From positions 3,155,928 to 3,219,927 of the forward strand of contig JBNZDD010013683.1 in assembly GCA_050575255.1 (NCBI GenBank): a stretch of 64,000 bases of DNA. The letters run 5' to 3'. Origin of the DNA: Harriotta raleighana. Lineage: Eukaryota. Below are positions 1 to 13,079 of the stretch, piece by piece; the stretch's first letter is position 1, and the number at the start of each line of letters is the position of its first letter. Made by a program: the position numbers and the translations under genes. Below the pieces are notes generated by a model. The model searched no databases. It was not told the DNA's origin and saw only the letters and a list, made by a program, of their open reading frames with translations.

Positions 1-76
1 CCAGATTCCAAGTGGGCCAAGCTGAAATTAAGACAAATGTATATACCTATGAGCTTGCACGTAAACCTTCTCCTTA

Positions 77-387
77 GAGTCCTGTAGCTCAGTGGTTAGA
101 GCACTCGCCTTACAAGCGTGAGATCTAGGTTCAAATCCATGCAGGTCAGGGCAAAACCTTGGGCAAGTTTCCTTACTCCACACCCTAATAATAATCCCTA
201 AAAAAAACACAATGAGAAAATTGGTCCTTTCAATCCACAACTGTTTGTGGGACACTGCTGTGCGCTGTTGGCTGTCGTGTTTCGCCCACAAATATACAGT
301 CAATTCACTTTGCAGTATATTCTGTGAAGCGCTTTGAGATGTCAAGAAGACGTGAAAAGCTCTATATCAAATGCAAGGATTATTATT
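77..387 (+). mobile_element. Young tRNA-derived SINE, full length
   Basis: tRNA-like head with A box (tagctcagtgg) and B box (ggttcaaatcc), body ccttgggcaagtttccttactcca...tgtttgtgggacactgctgtgcgc, tail ...atatcaaatgcaagga(tta)n. More than 10 related copies in the window. Confidence 0.9.
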
Positions 388-511
388 GTCGTTGTTACAA
401 TATACCTTATTAGTCGAATCATCAGGTTTGCTTTTCTACCATTACACGTTTCCAATTTAAATACAGTACTCATGGTTAATTCGTAGAGTCCTTTGGAGTT
501 TAATAGTTAAT

Positions 512-633
512 CTGCCGTGCCCATCAAATATACAGTCAATTCACGTTACAGTATATTCTGTGAAGCGCTTTGGGACGTTGATAAGATGTGAAAAGCGCTA
601 TATCAAATGCAAGGATTATTATTATTATTATTA
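512..633 (+). mobile_element. Same SINE family, 3' fragment
   Basis: aaatatacagtcaattcac...gtgaaaagcgctatatcaaatgcaagga(tta)n. Confidence 0.85.
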
Positions 634-1229
634 TCAATGATACAACACATGACAGAAGAACATTTTGCATATTCATAGGTTGCTGTGTTTTTTTTTCTAT
701 CCAGTGTTTCAATTTTCAATTGCAATTACAAATTTGCCACATTCATTTCAATTAAGCAGGACAAAAATTGTTTATTCTCATGCAAATATTCTTTATTCAG
801 CCTGATATTTATAAAATAGTTTGAAGATAAAAAGAAGAACCGATGGTACATTAAAAAACAGACAATTCAAATGACCCGAATATTTGAATTGTTATTTGCT
901 GGCGACTCACAAGATTCAGTTATTTCTGATACTTTAGTGACACCTAGCGTCAGTCGTGGCTCATTGCTAAAATAATAATAATAAGAAAATCCAAAGCACA
1001 ATGCAACATTATTATTAACCGCAAGATGGCATTTATCCTTAGTGTTGTACAGTCACTGTGAACAGCGGTGATACTGGGCTGGTCTTCCCTAATGTTATTT
1101 TGATGTCAGCCTGCTCAGTTGGGAGCAACAACAACAATAAAATTACATTTGCATCGCGCCTTTCACATCACCCTCGTCTCTTGAGTTAAAAGAATTTGGC
1201 AGTTCAAGCCCCATGTCGGAAATTCAACT

Positions 1230-1560
1230 CAACAACAACTTGGATGTATATAGCGCCCTCCACACCAGAAGGCGTCCCAGAGCGCTTCACAATAGTGGAG
1301 CCAGGGGCCGAGCCAGGGGTAGGGGGGGAAGGTGACTTTAGGCACAGTCGAACGGAAAGATCTTCAGGCGCGACCTGAAAATGGAAAAGGAGGAGGTGAG
1401 GCGAAGGGATTGAGGGAGGGAGTTCCAGAGTTTCGGGACGTATAGGCTGAAGGCACGGCCGCCGATGATGGAGCGAAGGATTCAGGGGACAAGGAAGAGG
1501 CCAAACGCAGGAGAATGGAGGCAGCGGGTACTGCTGTGAGGAAAGAGGTTAGAGATGTAT
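1230..1560 (-). mobile_element. L2-clade LINE 3' end (ORF2 C-terminus, 3' UTR and (TTG)n tail)
   Basis: Minus translation ...IIGGRAFSLYVPKLWNSLPQSLRLTSSFSIFRSRLKIFPFD matches the typical L2 C-terminal motif RAFS..P.LWNSLP...FK..LKT.LF; in-frame stop upstream. A further short L2-type tail lies at ~1127-1170. Confidence 0.8.
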
Positions 1561-1602
1561 AATAATCTCACCTGAAACTCCAGTTGAGGAAGAGGTTTGC
1601 AT

Positions 1603-1890
1603 TATTGGAGGTCCTTTGGATGAAATTTTAAACTGAAATCTTATCTGCCTGTTCAGGTGGATGTTAAAGATCCCTCGGGCTTTAGTCGTGAAAAAAGTGA
1701 GGAGTTTCTCTGTGTATCCTGGCCAACAATTCCCCAAATAAAATTTATGTTTTGTTTCATGGCTGTTTGTGGGATACTGCTGTGAGCAAAAGGGCTGTCA
1801 CGTTCAGCCACAAATACATACTGGTAGTCACTACACTTCCCAGTTAACTCTATGAAGCCCTTTGAGAAATCCTCCTGACTTGACTTGAAA
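1603..1890 (+). mobile_element. Deu-domain SINE (AmnSINE1/SacSINE1-like), decayed
   Basis: ggaggtcctttggatgaaa..ttaaac...caggtggatgttaaagatccc...gagtttctctgtgtatcctggccaaca...gctgtttgtggga resembles the recalled Deu core consensus. Confidence 0.75.
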
Positions 1891-2335
1891 GGCATTACAT
1901 TAAATACACTGCTGACATCACTTTTCAAAATGAATCGACATCAGTGGCAACCCAATGACAACCCGAGGAACTTAATTGTGTTGATTTTCACCACATTTGA
2001 CTATAAATAACAGGTTCTAAGAACTTATGAAAGTGATACAGAACAAATTAAAATTGAAATGCTTCAAGCTGGTGAAAATGTAATTGAAGTAAGTGCTTTA
2101 GTCTGATAGTCTGCTCTGGATCACTCTTTCATAACTAGTGGTACCCTCTGAGATTAATAACAGTTGCTGTAAAACTTCAAATAAATAATAATCGTAATAA
2201 TTGTATCTCTTAACTCTTTCAATTCTATCTTCCCTTTTTTTAATCCCATTTCTACAATGGCATTTAATCATAGCGGGAACAAATGCTTACTGAGGAGAAA
2301 CAAAACAAAAGTATTATTTTCCAATTCCCAATGCC

Positions 2336-2434
2336 AGCTCACAAATGTACAGTCAATTCACCTTACAGTGTATTCTTTGAAGCACTTTGAGACTTCTGGA
2401 AGACGTGAAAAGCGCTATATCAAATGCAAGGATT
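2336..2434 (+). mobile_element. Young SINE 3' fragment
   Basis: cacaaatgtacagtcaattcac...gacgtgaaaagcgctatatcaaatgcaaggatta. Confidence 0.85.
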
Positions 2435-5291
2435 AAACTGTTATTATAATCTGCTTTAAAATACCAGTGCAGACTCTGTGTGTATATTAGCATTTGGGAG
2501 TTCTTCAGGCTTCGCAATGCAATGCATAAATCACTAAACCTTGATGTCTTCAATGTCGTGTGAAGGAGCAATGAGAATCATCTTTTACAAATTCTCAAGG
2601 ACAGTTTCTTAATGTCTCTCGCAAGTCGGACCAACTGCTATCAAGTCATGCCCTTGATGTCTGCGCCTTTGATGGAAGTCCCTTAATTATTCTGTCACTC
2701 CTGGAAATATATCATCCTTCGTTCTCTTGTCCTTCATCACTTCCCTCACTGTGTTGCATGACTTTCCATCTGATTTGTTCCTACTTCTAATTGTTGCAAG
2801 TGTATCACTCTGCACTCCTGTTTGTTTTATTTTCTCTTTATTTTACTGGATTTCAAGGTAGTGACACCCTCCATCCCCTTTCCTCCCACAATATGTAAGC
2901 TTTCAGGAGGCAAGCTCGGCATCAACTAAGGATTTTCTTTTGGAATGAATCTGTTTTTTACTGCTTCTCTTTTAAACCTTGTGCTGTTGGGATATGGAAT
3001 GGATCTGAGACTGAACTTCTGCATGTTTGAACTTCTACTCGATATTAAACGCAAGAGACTGTCCCAGGCAGGATGCTGTGAGCATCCTAAAGCAAGTTTG
3101 GAAACCCAGTTATTTTGTGAGCCAAAAAACCCATTTTTTTCATGATACTGTATAAGAACCACATTACCAACAACTTGAGAACAAATCACCAGTCAGGAAA
3201 ACTGAACATTCAATACTATTGAGTTCGCTGTTTCTTATCAGAGGAGAAAATGTGAAAAGATTGTATAATGTGTGACCTATGTCCTTGAAGAGGACAACTC
3301 CCAAGTTTAAAGTGTAATTTATAATAATATGTCACATTCAAATCCTATGAAACTGAATGCATGGAGGGAGCAGAGATCACTCACTCCCCAACTTGATCAA
3401 AGTTTTAATGCGCCTGAAGAGAATGCAGACATTGCCTAGAGAATTAAGAAAAATATTGGAAATATATTCCAGTTATCAACCTGATCGGGTCAAAGAATCC
3501 AATTAAATTCTGCGCACAGTATTACTTAGTCAGGACACCATCTTATTTGCATGAGGCACAGCCCATTTTGAGTATTAAATATTTTATGTTACTAACACAC
3601 AAGCAGCAGATATATTCAAGGCAGTTAATTTTGAAGTGAGCCTTTCTTTGAGCAGCAGGTCTAAATTATTCTCTACAGCCAGCAGGAAACCCATCAATAC
3701 CACGGGCTACCTACTCCAGTAAATGAGCTATGCCAACTTCAATCTCCCTAAACTCTCTTTGCCTTTTGTAATGGCAAGTTATCTTCCTTCTGAGTCTCCA
3801 GACGGAGTCATATTTGGCTCGCGTGAAGGGTTGTCTTCAAACTCTAAAATTATTTGGAGTCTCTGTTGGATTAATAATTAAATTTCCATTTAAAAACTAG
3901 ATAGCAGAGAATAAAGTGGATTCCCTCCTCTATAAGAGCTTGCTTAATAGCCATAGTCCCCTCTCTCTTATTGTCAGTCTGAAGCAGAGCTAAGCAAACT
4001 CTTCTCTTTCCTTCACATTTTCATTGTATTGAGGGTTAAAGGACGTAAATTCCACATCTAATTTCCTCATTGAAAACCACCAGTTTTCTCTTGAGCGAAA
4101 TGCCTCCTGAACTGCTTTTCTCTAATGAGATGGGGATATCATTTGCAGCAAATTCTTTGATTTATTCTAATGACTTGCAGTGTGTATTTCCAAAGCATCC
4201 AAAAAAGCTATATTCACATAACTTTATAATTCTAGTGAATTTATACAACTTGATGAAAGTTAATGTGAGCGTTAGTCCTGATGTTCCATGACATTTTTTT
4301 TGCACTCTTGCAAAAAAAAATTCACTGATGTCCCTGCTCCAAGCTTATTCACTTATAATTATCTGTACCTGTAATGATTTTGATTTGGTCAGCTATACCT
4401 TGCAAAAGATTTTGAATAATTCAAATTTTCCACCAAGAGAGAACTTTGAAGCTGGAAATATCAGTATTCTGTAGTTGATTGTGCATGGAATATAATCCCA
4501 GGGTGAATATGTTTCTTAAGTGATTCTGAATCACACTGATACAAATAATTATCGTTCAATGGGTGGATACATTTTGATATCTAAAAATTTTTTTGACAGA
4601 AAAAACGAGTTAAAAGATCAAGGCACAAAGCACAGGATACATTCAAAGTAGTCGAATGGTTTTGAAGAGGATATGTAAGGCAAGTTTGAGTTCTTAAAAC
4701 CAATATTCAACGACAAATTACAGTTCTAGTTATCCTGACATTCTGACAATGAGCTGATGTTGGAAGCGATTACATATATGAATGTTTAATTACAAAATGG
4801 GAAGGAACCATTGAAGAAGAAATGTTTGTGGGACAATATATATTGAGCTTTGAAGGAGAAAAGATCATGGAACCAATGGGTATGTGGGGGAGGGAGGGGG
4901 ATATTGCCCATGGAAAGAAATTGAACATCTACCATATGAGGACTGATCGTTCTGCAGCTTTGGGGATAAGGATCCGACAGTTCCAAATACCCCCAAGAGA
5001 TTTGGATGACGATACTTCAGTCCATTTGATCTCACTGTCGCATTACAGCATCAAGTTATTTCTTAAATGACTCTAGTGTATGAACAAATCCTCAACCACC
5101 CTTCTTGATATCTCTTTCCAGTTGTTAATTATCGTTGTCAGTAAAGAAATAGTTCCCGGTGTTTCTGTTGAAATTAGCCTTCGCTAACTCCGACCTAGGG
5201 CCTCATAATTTGTTTTCAACACAAAGGAGTTGACATGAATATGAACGGTGAGGGCTAAGCTTTGAATGGAAATGGAAATGTGCCACTGTAT

Positions 5292-5305
5292 CCAGCAGAT
5301 GGCAT
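5292..5305 (+). promoter_or_regulatory. Possible CTCF core motif
   Basis: CCAGCAGATGGCAT matches CCASYAGRKGGCRS at 13/14 positions; motif match only. Confidence 0.3.
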
Positions 5306-5403
5306 CGTCCTCTACTTTCCAAAACCAATCCCCCCCCACAAAAAAGTTTTACATTTAGTAAACTCGCTTTGTACTAAATAAAATGCATTTTATTTTACAC
5401 AGG

Positions 5404-5770
5404 TAATAATAATAATAATATTAGTCCTTGCATTTGATATAGGGCTTTTCACATCCTCTGGGCATCTCGAAGCGCTTCACAGAATATACTACAAAGTGAA
5501 TTGACTGAGTGATTTGTGGGCAAAACGCTGCAGCCAATNCTCTAGGCATCTCGAAGCGCTTCACAGAATATGCTACAAAGTGAATTGACTGAGTGATTTG
5601 TGGGCAAAACGCTGCAGCCAATTGTGCACAGCAGTGGTTTTTTTTTGAAGGATTATTATCAGGCATGTGGAGTAAGGAAACTTGCCCAAGGTTGGGCCCT
5701 GACCTGCCTGGATTCGAACACAGGTCTCACGCTTGTAAGGCGAGTGCTCTAACCACTGAGCTGCAGGACG
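5404..5770 (-). mobile_element. Young tRNA-derived SINE, full length, with an n-flanked internal duplication
   Basis: Reverse complement of the 77-387 element; an ~80 bp segment is repeated on either side of n5539. Confidence 0.9.
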
Positions 5771-6528
5771 CTACAAAGTCCTCCTGTTCCTTTCTCTCCT
5801 GTTTATTCTAGGAGTGACTTTAGCGTTATTGTTCACTGAAGCTCCATTTGGCTGCTGTTCTTCAAACTTAGAATAATTCTAATTTTTTAGAACTTTGAAA
5901 GGTAACGTGGTTGTTGGCATCACAAGAGCAACACACGTTCCATGCTCTGTCTTACCCCCACCTCCCCTCATTCTTTGGAAGATTTTAAAAAACCACAAAA
6001 TTCACAAGGCAATTAGCCCACTCACTTCAGCACCTGTTAAGCATCCTTGAAGCTTGTCAGCGCGTATGTTGCTTCCGAGGGCATCAGTTGTGATATGGAT
6101 CCAATCAACGCTGCAGTTGTCTTCTGGACAATGAGTTTTCCAGTACTGAAACCGAGTTATCAAATTATCTTAATAAGAATCTGCACATTCTACCAGTGCC
6201 TGACATCCCTGCCCGTCTCTTTTAGCTCTCTTTAATCCCTAAAGTTGGAGCGTTCTCATTAATTTCAATCTCATCTGGTTCTTCAATCAATAATGCAATC
6301 CTGAACTTTAAACTGAAGGGATTATTCACCAAACGGTAATAATGATAAAGAGCGCAATGAACGAGCGTGCTACTTTCGAATTCCGAATCAGTGAAGGCTC
6401 CATAATTTAACATTTTGAATGTCATTCTAATTAACCTTCTAACAATAAATGAGTACCGTGGTGGCCAAGAGGAGTCTGAAAAGCCATTAACTCTTAACTG
6501 TGGACACATCTTCGGAATTATTAGAATT

Positions 6529-6579
6529 AGCTATCAGATAGCCAGATCAATGTGTAGCTATCAGGTGACCAGATCAATG
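6529..6579. repeat. Short imperfect tandem duplication (27-bp period, 2 copies)
   Basis: agctatcagatagccagatcaatg-tgt-agctatcaggtgaccagatcaatg. Confidence 0.7.
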
Positions 6580-7196
6580 CTTTTATTTAATTGAGGAGCC
6601 AATCAACTGTTTTATGTACGGTATATTTATGTATATATGGTTCTGTGATGGCGTCCATATCTCTCCTGTGGAAACAATAAGCTAGTCTGAGTGTGGATTC
6701 ATCNAGTATATATATATATATTTATGTATATATGGTTCTGTGATGGCATCCATATCTCTCCTGTGGAAACAATAAGCTAGTCTGAGTGTGGATTCATCAA
6801 AAGGAAATGCTCAACCTCCATCATTGCCTGAACATTAAAGGACATGAACTGTCAGTTGGGCGATCAGCTCTTTGATGGTTATACTAGCAGGTTTGTGTAA
6901 CACTCTTACTTTTACAAAACAAAAAAAAGTAAGCAAAAAAAATGTAATGCAACTCAACACTCTCCCCTCTCTCTTACAATCCCATGTCTAATGCTCANCA
7001 AAAGGAAATGCTCAACCTCCATCATTGCCTGAACATTAAAGGACATGAACTGTCAGTTGGGCGATCAGCTCTTTGATGGTTATACTAGCAGGTTTGTGTA
7101 ACACTCTTACTTTTACAAAACAAAAAAAATGTAAGCAGTTTGCAACTCAACACTCTCCCCTCTCTCTTACAATCCCATGTCTAATGCTCAGAATAC

Positions 7197-7300
7197 GCTC
7201 ACAAATGTACAGTCAATTCACCTTTACAATGTATTCTGTGAAGTGCTTTGAGACGTTTAGAAGATGTGAAAAGTGCTACATTAAATGCAAGGATTATTAT
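7197..7300 (+). mobile_element. Young SINE 3' fragment
   Basis: Same tail ending aaatgcaaggattattatt. Confidence 0.85.
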
Positions 7301-7769
7301 TTTAAAAAAAATATGTTTTAGGTAATTCAGTCTGTGCTAGACATGTACCCAGTTCTGTTACCTGCCTCTTGACAATTTTCTTATGAGCCAAAGTAGATGT
7401 GAGGAATATTGAAGCTGAACACATAATTTCTGGTTATACCTACTTGATGTNTTAAATGCAAGGATTATTATTTTTTAATATGTTTTAGGTAATTCAGTCT
7501 GTGCTGGACATGTACCCAGTTCTGTTACCTACCTCTTGACAATTTTCTTATGAGCCAAAGTAGATGCGAGGAATATTGAAGCTGAACACATAATTTCTGG
7601 TTATACCTACTTGATGTTTGTCTTCTGAGATTAAACACTTTATGGGAATTGTATGTCCAAACTATCCTACCAATCTTTAGTGTGCTCCAGTACCTATCAT
7701 CACTCTTCAATGCCAATATTCAGATTCTCTCCTTAGGACAACAAGTCGAATGTTTGTGAAATATTGTTG

Positions 7770-7975
7770 TGTGCAAGGCGACTTCTGTGTTGCGTACAAA
7801 ATACACAATCACTTTACAGTGAAATCCCGTGAAGGTATTTGAGACATTACGAAAGGCACTAAATCAAATGAAAGGATTAGTATTATTATTGTTATGTTTA
7901 CTCCCTCAGCGCCTTGGGACGTCCTCCTGACATCAAAGGCGCTATATAAGAGTAATTTGTTTGTTGTTTGTTTGT
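7770..7975 (+). mobile_element. Decayed SINE tail followed by an L2-type tail
   Basis: ...gaaaggcactaaatcaaatgaaaggattagtattatt, then cagcgccttgggacgtcctcctgacatcaaaggcgctatataagagtaattt and a ttg-rich tail. Confidence 0.65.
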
Positions 7976-10900
7976 TCTAATTGGGATCCTTAAAAATCAT
8001 AAAAGACCTTTAAACATCCCAAGGCTGGATGTGAATCTACCTCTCAGATGTCAAGCGTCAAAGGTTGCAAAGCATTGGATTGCACAGTGTCACATTTTTA
8101 ATTAAAAAAATGATTGCTCTATTCTCATTGAATTCAATTTTATATTAATCTATTTGACCATGGAGATCAAATGTGATTATGCATAACCATCTGAGTGCAG
8201 AACGCCTGCGTGGATAGAGGGTGAAAAGTTTAAATCGATAAATAAGCTTACCAAAACTCAAGGCAATTACTGTTTATCCAGGATGTAAATAATAAATGCA
8301 CGATTCTGAGCTATTATCGGGAAAATAAAATAAAGATCTCAGAGCATGGTTTTTAATGTCAAACCACAGCAACGTATGGAAATAATTGGTTTAACATTTT
8401 TTGTGCAACTTACTGTTCAATTGGAGCTGAGGTTAGACATTGTGCTGAATATCAAGTGGAAACTTCTCCCCATTGGGTCAGCAAGTCGGTTCCAGTGCCT
8501 GTCTGAAATTCTCTGGCTTTGATCCCTGCTCTGTACTGTTCTCAGCTTGTGTTTTGCTGGAGGATATACAATTGGTTTCAGTGCACAGGGTAAGGGAGCT
8601 AGGGGGAAATCGCCTAGGGTTCTAACTTCTACTATTATTATTGACAACTTACTGAGGATGGGTTGTAACCCTTTCCACATCCATTATGGCTTCTTATTCG
8701 TTTCAAGGAGGATCTAAGATGTCGGGTTACCTGGACCAGAGCGTCGAAGAGTGGGGTTCAGTGTGAGGCTGGAATGGAACATGAGGGGTATAACATGAGG
8801 GATGCACAGCTTACTGTAGAATGAGTGACTGTATGATTTTACAGATGTATTGTGGTGGGTCCTGTCCTTGCTGCATCAATGTATGTAGTGATGGCTTATG
8901 TTTGTGTACTCGTGAGATATGTCTTTCTGATGTCCTGAAAGTAAATTGTTTGTAGCCCACAGATCTAATGGTGGGTAAATAAAGCGTGGCAGGTAATATG
9001 CTTTAATCATATAATATAAGGTATATATAAAGTGCTTTTTTGTTCAGCTCTAGACCCACTAGAGCCTCTTGCCTTAGGGCTGAATCTCTGTGCACCATAA
9101 TATGTGGCCAAACTGCAGGGAGGGATGTTACTTCTTCTGTGATACCTGCCAACACTTAGCACATTCATGAATAATTATTGTTTGGTTGAACTAGACAGAG
9201 TTCAATACCATGGATCCATGGGAATGGGAAAGAATGGGAGTCAAAACATAGGAGGGAATGGGAGGAAAAGGGTGAGAAGAACAAACTATGCTCTGTTGAT
9301 GTTCACTATAGCACTAAATAAGTTATTGATTAGCGGATGTGAATTTACTAGTAAACAGTAGATAACCACCTCAGAATAGATTGTTTAAGTGCTGAGAACG
9401 CACTCAATCTTGGGAACCAGTAATGCTTTCCACAAGTTGTCCAAAATGATAACCGTGTTTGTTTCTCTGGAACAGGTCCTAAACTCCCAATAGATTACAT
9501 CAGTTTCATTGTCATTCAGCAGATACATTGCTCTCTGATTTGTACATTGAGCAGTCTGTGGTGGAATTACAAGGTACCAAATCTGCACAATATACAATAG
9601 TGAAAACACTAGGACATTTCTTTCAGGTGTAAAAGAATAAAACTCGGAAACAATATTGATAAAGTACCATGAAAATGCAATAAGCATAGCAGTATTCTGA
9701 GGAATATTTTTCATAGCGCTGATGTTTCAGAGGAGATTTTCGTGTTCAAAATATGCAGAAATGAAAGTTGACCCAAGTTCAGCTTGACTCATACAAAATT
9801 CTGGTTGGAAACTTGATTTGGATAATTTCCAGTAAGCCATTGATAATAGATGGTTCCCTGGTGGTAGTAAAAACCTCCAACTTCCAAATTAAAAGTTGTA
9901 AATTCCACTGACCTCCCAACTTGCCGGGTTATGTTGGTTGATTTTCATTAGTTCCCAGCCTGGGCGTTAAGTAGATCACTGCAACGGAACAATACGCTTT
10001 TAGATACCTGCAAGGAAAATCCCTGGCGGATCAGCCAATACTGCAAAAATATCTTCCTTTGCAATTGCAGAGCAGTAGTAATGATGAATTTGGGGAATAC
10101 TATTCGATGATTGAAGGATTGACGGATGGTGACAGCCCTCAGTCATCAATGAGGAATTTGAACAGATGGAAGAGTTTGCCTGCATATATATAGTGACTAC
10201 ACTTTACCCTAAATCCTGTGATGTGCTTTGACAGATTTTGACAATGTCATGATTCAAGGATTAATTGTCATAAAAATGTTTTAAGAGAGGTTGTTCCATT
10301 TATGTAATGATTAGATATTTGGGTTTTAAAGATTTGCATAACCTAAGAATATGGTTTTCTGCATGTGTATATTTTTAATTATGTTGCACTGTTATCCTGG
10401 CTGAGGCTGACTCCATTTAGTTACACTCCCAGAGGCAGACCAGAATTGTGCATCCAATGTGTTTTATGGTCATAGGTTATTTTAGAGCGTTAAACATAAT
10501 TGTGATCCCATTATTTCAACAACATGTTGTGAATTCTGTTATTTGGGTGGATTTGATGAATTCTGTTATTCTGGCTGCAGGGAAGCTGGAGTGAAAAAGT
10601 TGAATGAGCCACAGTGAGTAAACTGTACAGCCCTTTTGTTTGCTATACTATATGGATCAACATTGGAAGGGGACAAAATTCAGACTGAGTACAACACATT
10701 TGTTACTAATTGTTAGATCAGTTGCTTGGATACTGATGCATGATGTAATTGTACATATCTGCTCAATTTTGTTATTTTAAAGCTCTTAGCGCCTATTAGG
10801 CATTACTGAAACCTGTACTGCATCCTACAGATCAAATGCTGTTGTACTTTGCAATTAATTTAAGATCATTTCCTGAAAATGATTAAATACTTTTAATTGG

Positions 10901-11721
10901 CATCACCCTTTTGAATGGAAGAGCAATTTCAACCATTAACTTCATGGCAATGTCCACAAATGAGTCATGTTTTGAAAACATAAATCAAGGAAACAAAGAC
11001 TTTTTTTCACAAATGGATGGATGTATTGCTTTCTCGGTAGAAATAAACTATTCTACAATGCCTTTTAAAATCTAAAATAAAGTGAAATGCTGGAAATTCC
11101 CAATAGGTAAAATCATCTAGAATAGGATTGGTAGAGCCAAGGCTGATTGACTTCTTATGAACTTCTGTTTTAGATTCAATATCTAAATGGTTTCTTTCTC
11201 TGTGTTGAAGATGAAATAACTGTTGTACTATTCTATTCTTGTCGAGGCTTCTATGATGAACACTAAATAAGGGGCCTCTTCTTCTATGTTATTCACTAGT
11301 CATTCATGCGAACAGTCTATTCTGTGTCATATAGAAGAAGGAGACCAAAATTTATCTTTCTCTCTCCCTCTCTGCATTTTGGTAATCTTCTCAGTAAATC
11401 AGAAATCAACTGTGCATCCTTGATACTATTTACATCAGCCTTTTCTCACAGAACACCAAATATTTCTGAAATAAGATCAATGACTGCAGTCATCTGCAAC
11501 TGATTTTATAAAGCATCACTGAAACGTTTGACAAGGATCATCATTCCCAGTTGTCTTCTTGAATCAGCAGCACTATTTATTTTACTCGAACAGGATTTTA
11601 AAAAATTCCAAGCGTTTTGGTAAATGAAGGATTATATGGTGGTTTCAATCATTTTCTGACAGCAAAGGTTCCATACTTGATTCCAGTGTTTTCAATAACC
11701 ATGTTGAAATTAATTAGTTTC

Positions 11722-11840
11722 AGCCACAAAATATGCAGTTGAATCACTTTCCAGTATATTCTTTGAAACGCTTCGAGACGTCTCGAAAATGTGCTAAGGC
11801 GCTATATCAAATGCAAAGATTATTATTATTTATTATTATC
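11722..11840 (+). mobile_element. Young SINE 3' fragment
   Basis: gcgctatatcaaatgcaaagattattatt tail. Confidence 0.8.
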
Positions 11841-12821
11841 AATTATTTTTCTGGTAAGATAAATTAGCCTACTGTATTTATCAAGAATTGTATATATTAC
11901 CTGTGATTATTATCATTTCGTGCAAGTTTTTCAGTTTGCTTTCCAGAGAGGATGAACTTGTCTTGATGTAAGTACCAGAAAAATTGACTTGCAATTGTCT
12001 TTAGACTTGAACAAGAAACATGATGTGTCCTTAAGCTACACCAATTTACATTTTTAGTGCTTTTCAGGAGATCTCATAGTCCTTCACAGATGCCCTATGT
12101 CCCCTATGTATCTCGCCCATATGCTAATCAAAACTTTCAACATTAAAAGCATTTCATTTATTCAACGTTCTCTAAACTGTTACAATAGAAGAATTCTTTC
12201 TTGAGCGCTTTTTTTTCAAGTTTACCCCCATCGCTCCACTGACCCAACTTCACCGTCACATCACATTTTGCCTTTCTACTTTGGACACTAATTATAGGTC
12301 TGTCTTTCTAAGAATTCATGATGTGACGGAAACTCGGGACTTGAGATTTAAATGTTCTGTCACAAGTGCTTCTAAAAACTATCACCAACCCATTAAATCA
12401 AGTGAGTGGGTAATGTGTAGAATATAAACTACTTGTTTGAATATTTCCATCCTCATCATCATTCTACATTGATAGACCCTGTGCGACAGAAGCAAAAAAA
12501 AGGTTAATGTTTTCCCAAAAGCTAATAAACAGCATTTCTCTAGGTTCAGAGGTAACAACGCAAAATTATTAAGAACTGACCTCACACCTCTCAGGAAAGG
12601 AAAATTCTGCACAAAAGTTACAGAGGGAATTCAGGTGCCCTTAATTCTATAATAGATCAAGGTGAAAAAAAGGTTGTTGGTTATATATTTTAAGGGACCT
12701 GTAATTCTGCCAGTGTTTACACATGGTGCATAAAATGCTCCTCTATTTTCTTCAAGCATATCTGAAGAGAATATTAAAAACTAATCCAGCCATATCTTAA
12801 TTTTTTTGCCAGATTAATAAA

Positions 12822-13079
12822 AATAATAATCCTTACATTTGATATAGTGCTTTTCACGTCTTCTAGACATCTCAAAGTACTGCACAGAATATACTGTAAA
12901 GTGAATTGACTGTATATTTGTTGGCAAATATGGATTGAAATGAGCAATTAATTTTTTTGGAGGAATTATTATTATTATTATTAATATTATTAATAATATT
13001 ATTATTAACTTGCCCAAGGAATTGAACCCATGTCTCTCGCTTGTAATGTGAGTGCTCTAGCCTCTGAGCTACAAGACTC
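12822..13079 (-). mobile_element. Young SINE with internal deletion and (ATT)n-rich middle
   Basis: Head (reverse complement of ...gagtgctctagcctctgagctacaagactc) and tail are both present. Confidence 0.85.

Noticed and set aside
77-150. tRNA gene (also the heads at ~5700-5770, 19871, 30230-30296, 43411 and 59860-59926)
   Set aside because: A and B boxes are present, but there is no proper acceptor stem, the anticodon loop varies between copies, and each continues into the SINE body.
28-345. 105-aa ORF and similar ORFs sharing SIHFTVYSVKRFE or WSKETCPR peptides (5421, 5593, 19949, 43508, 59458, 62033)
   Set aside because: They are translations of SINE copies, not a protein family.
6026-6064. 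REST/NRSF site (ttcagcacc ... cagcgc)
   Set aside because: Only the left half-site is good and the spacing to the weak right half is too long.
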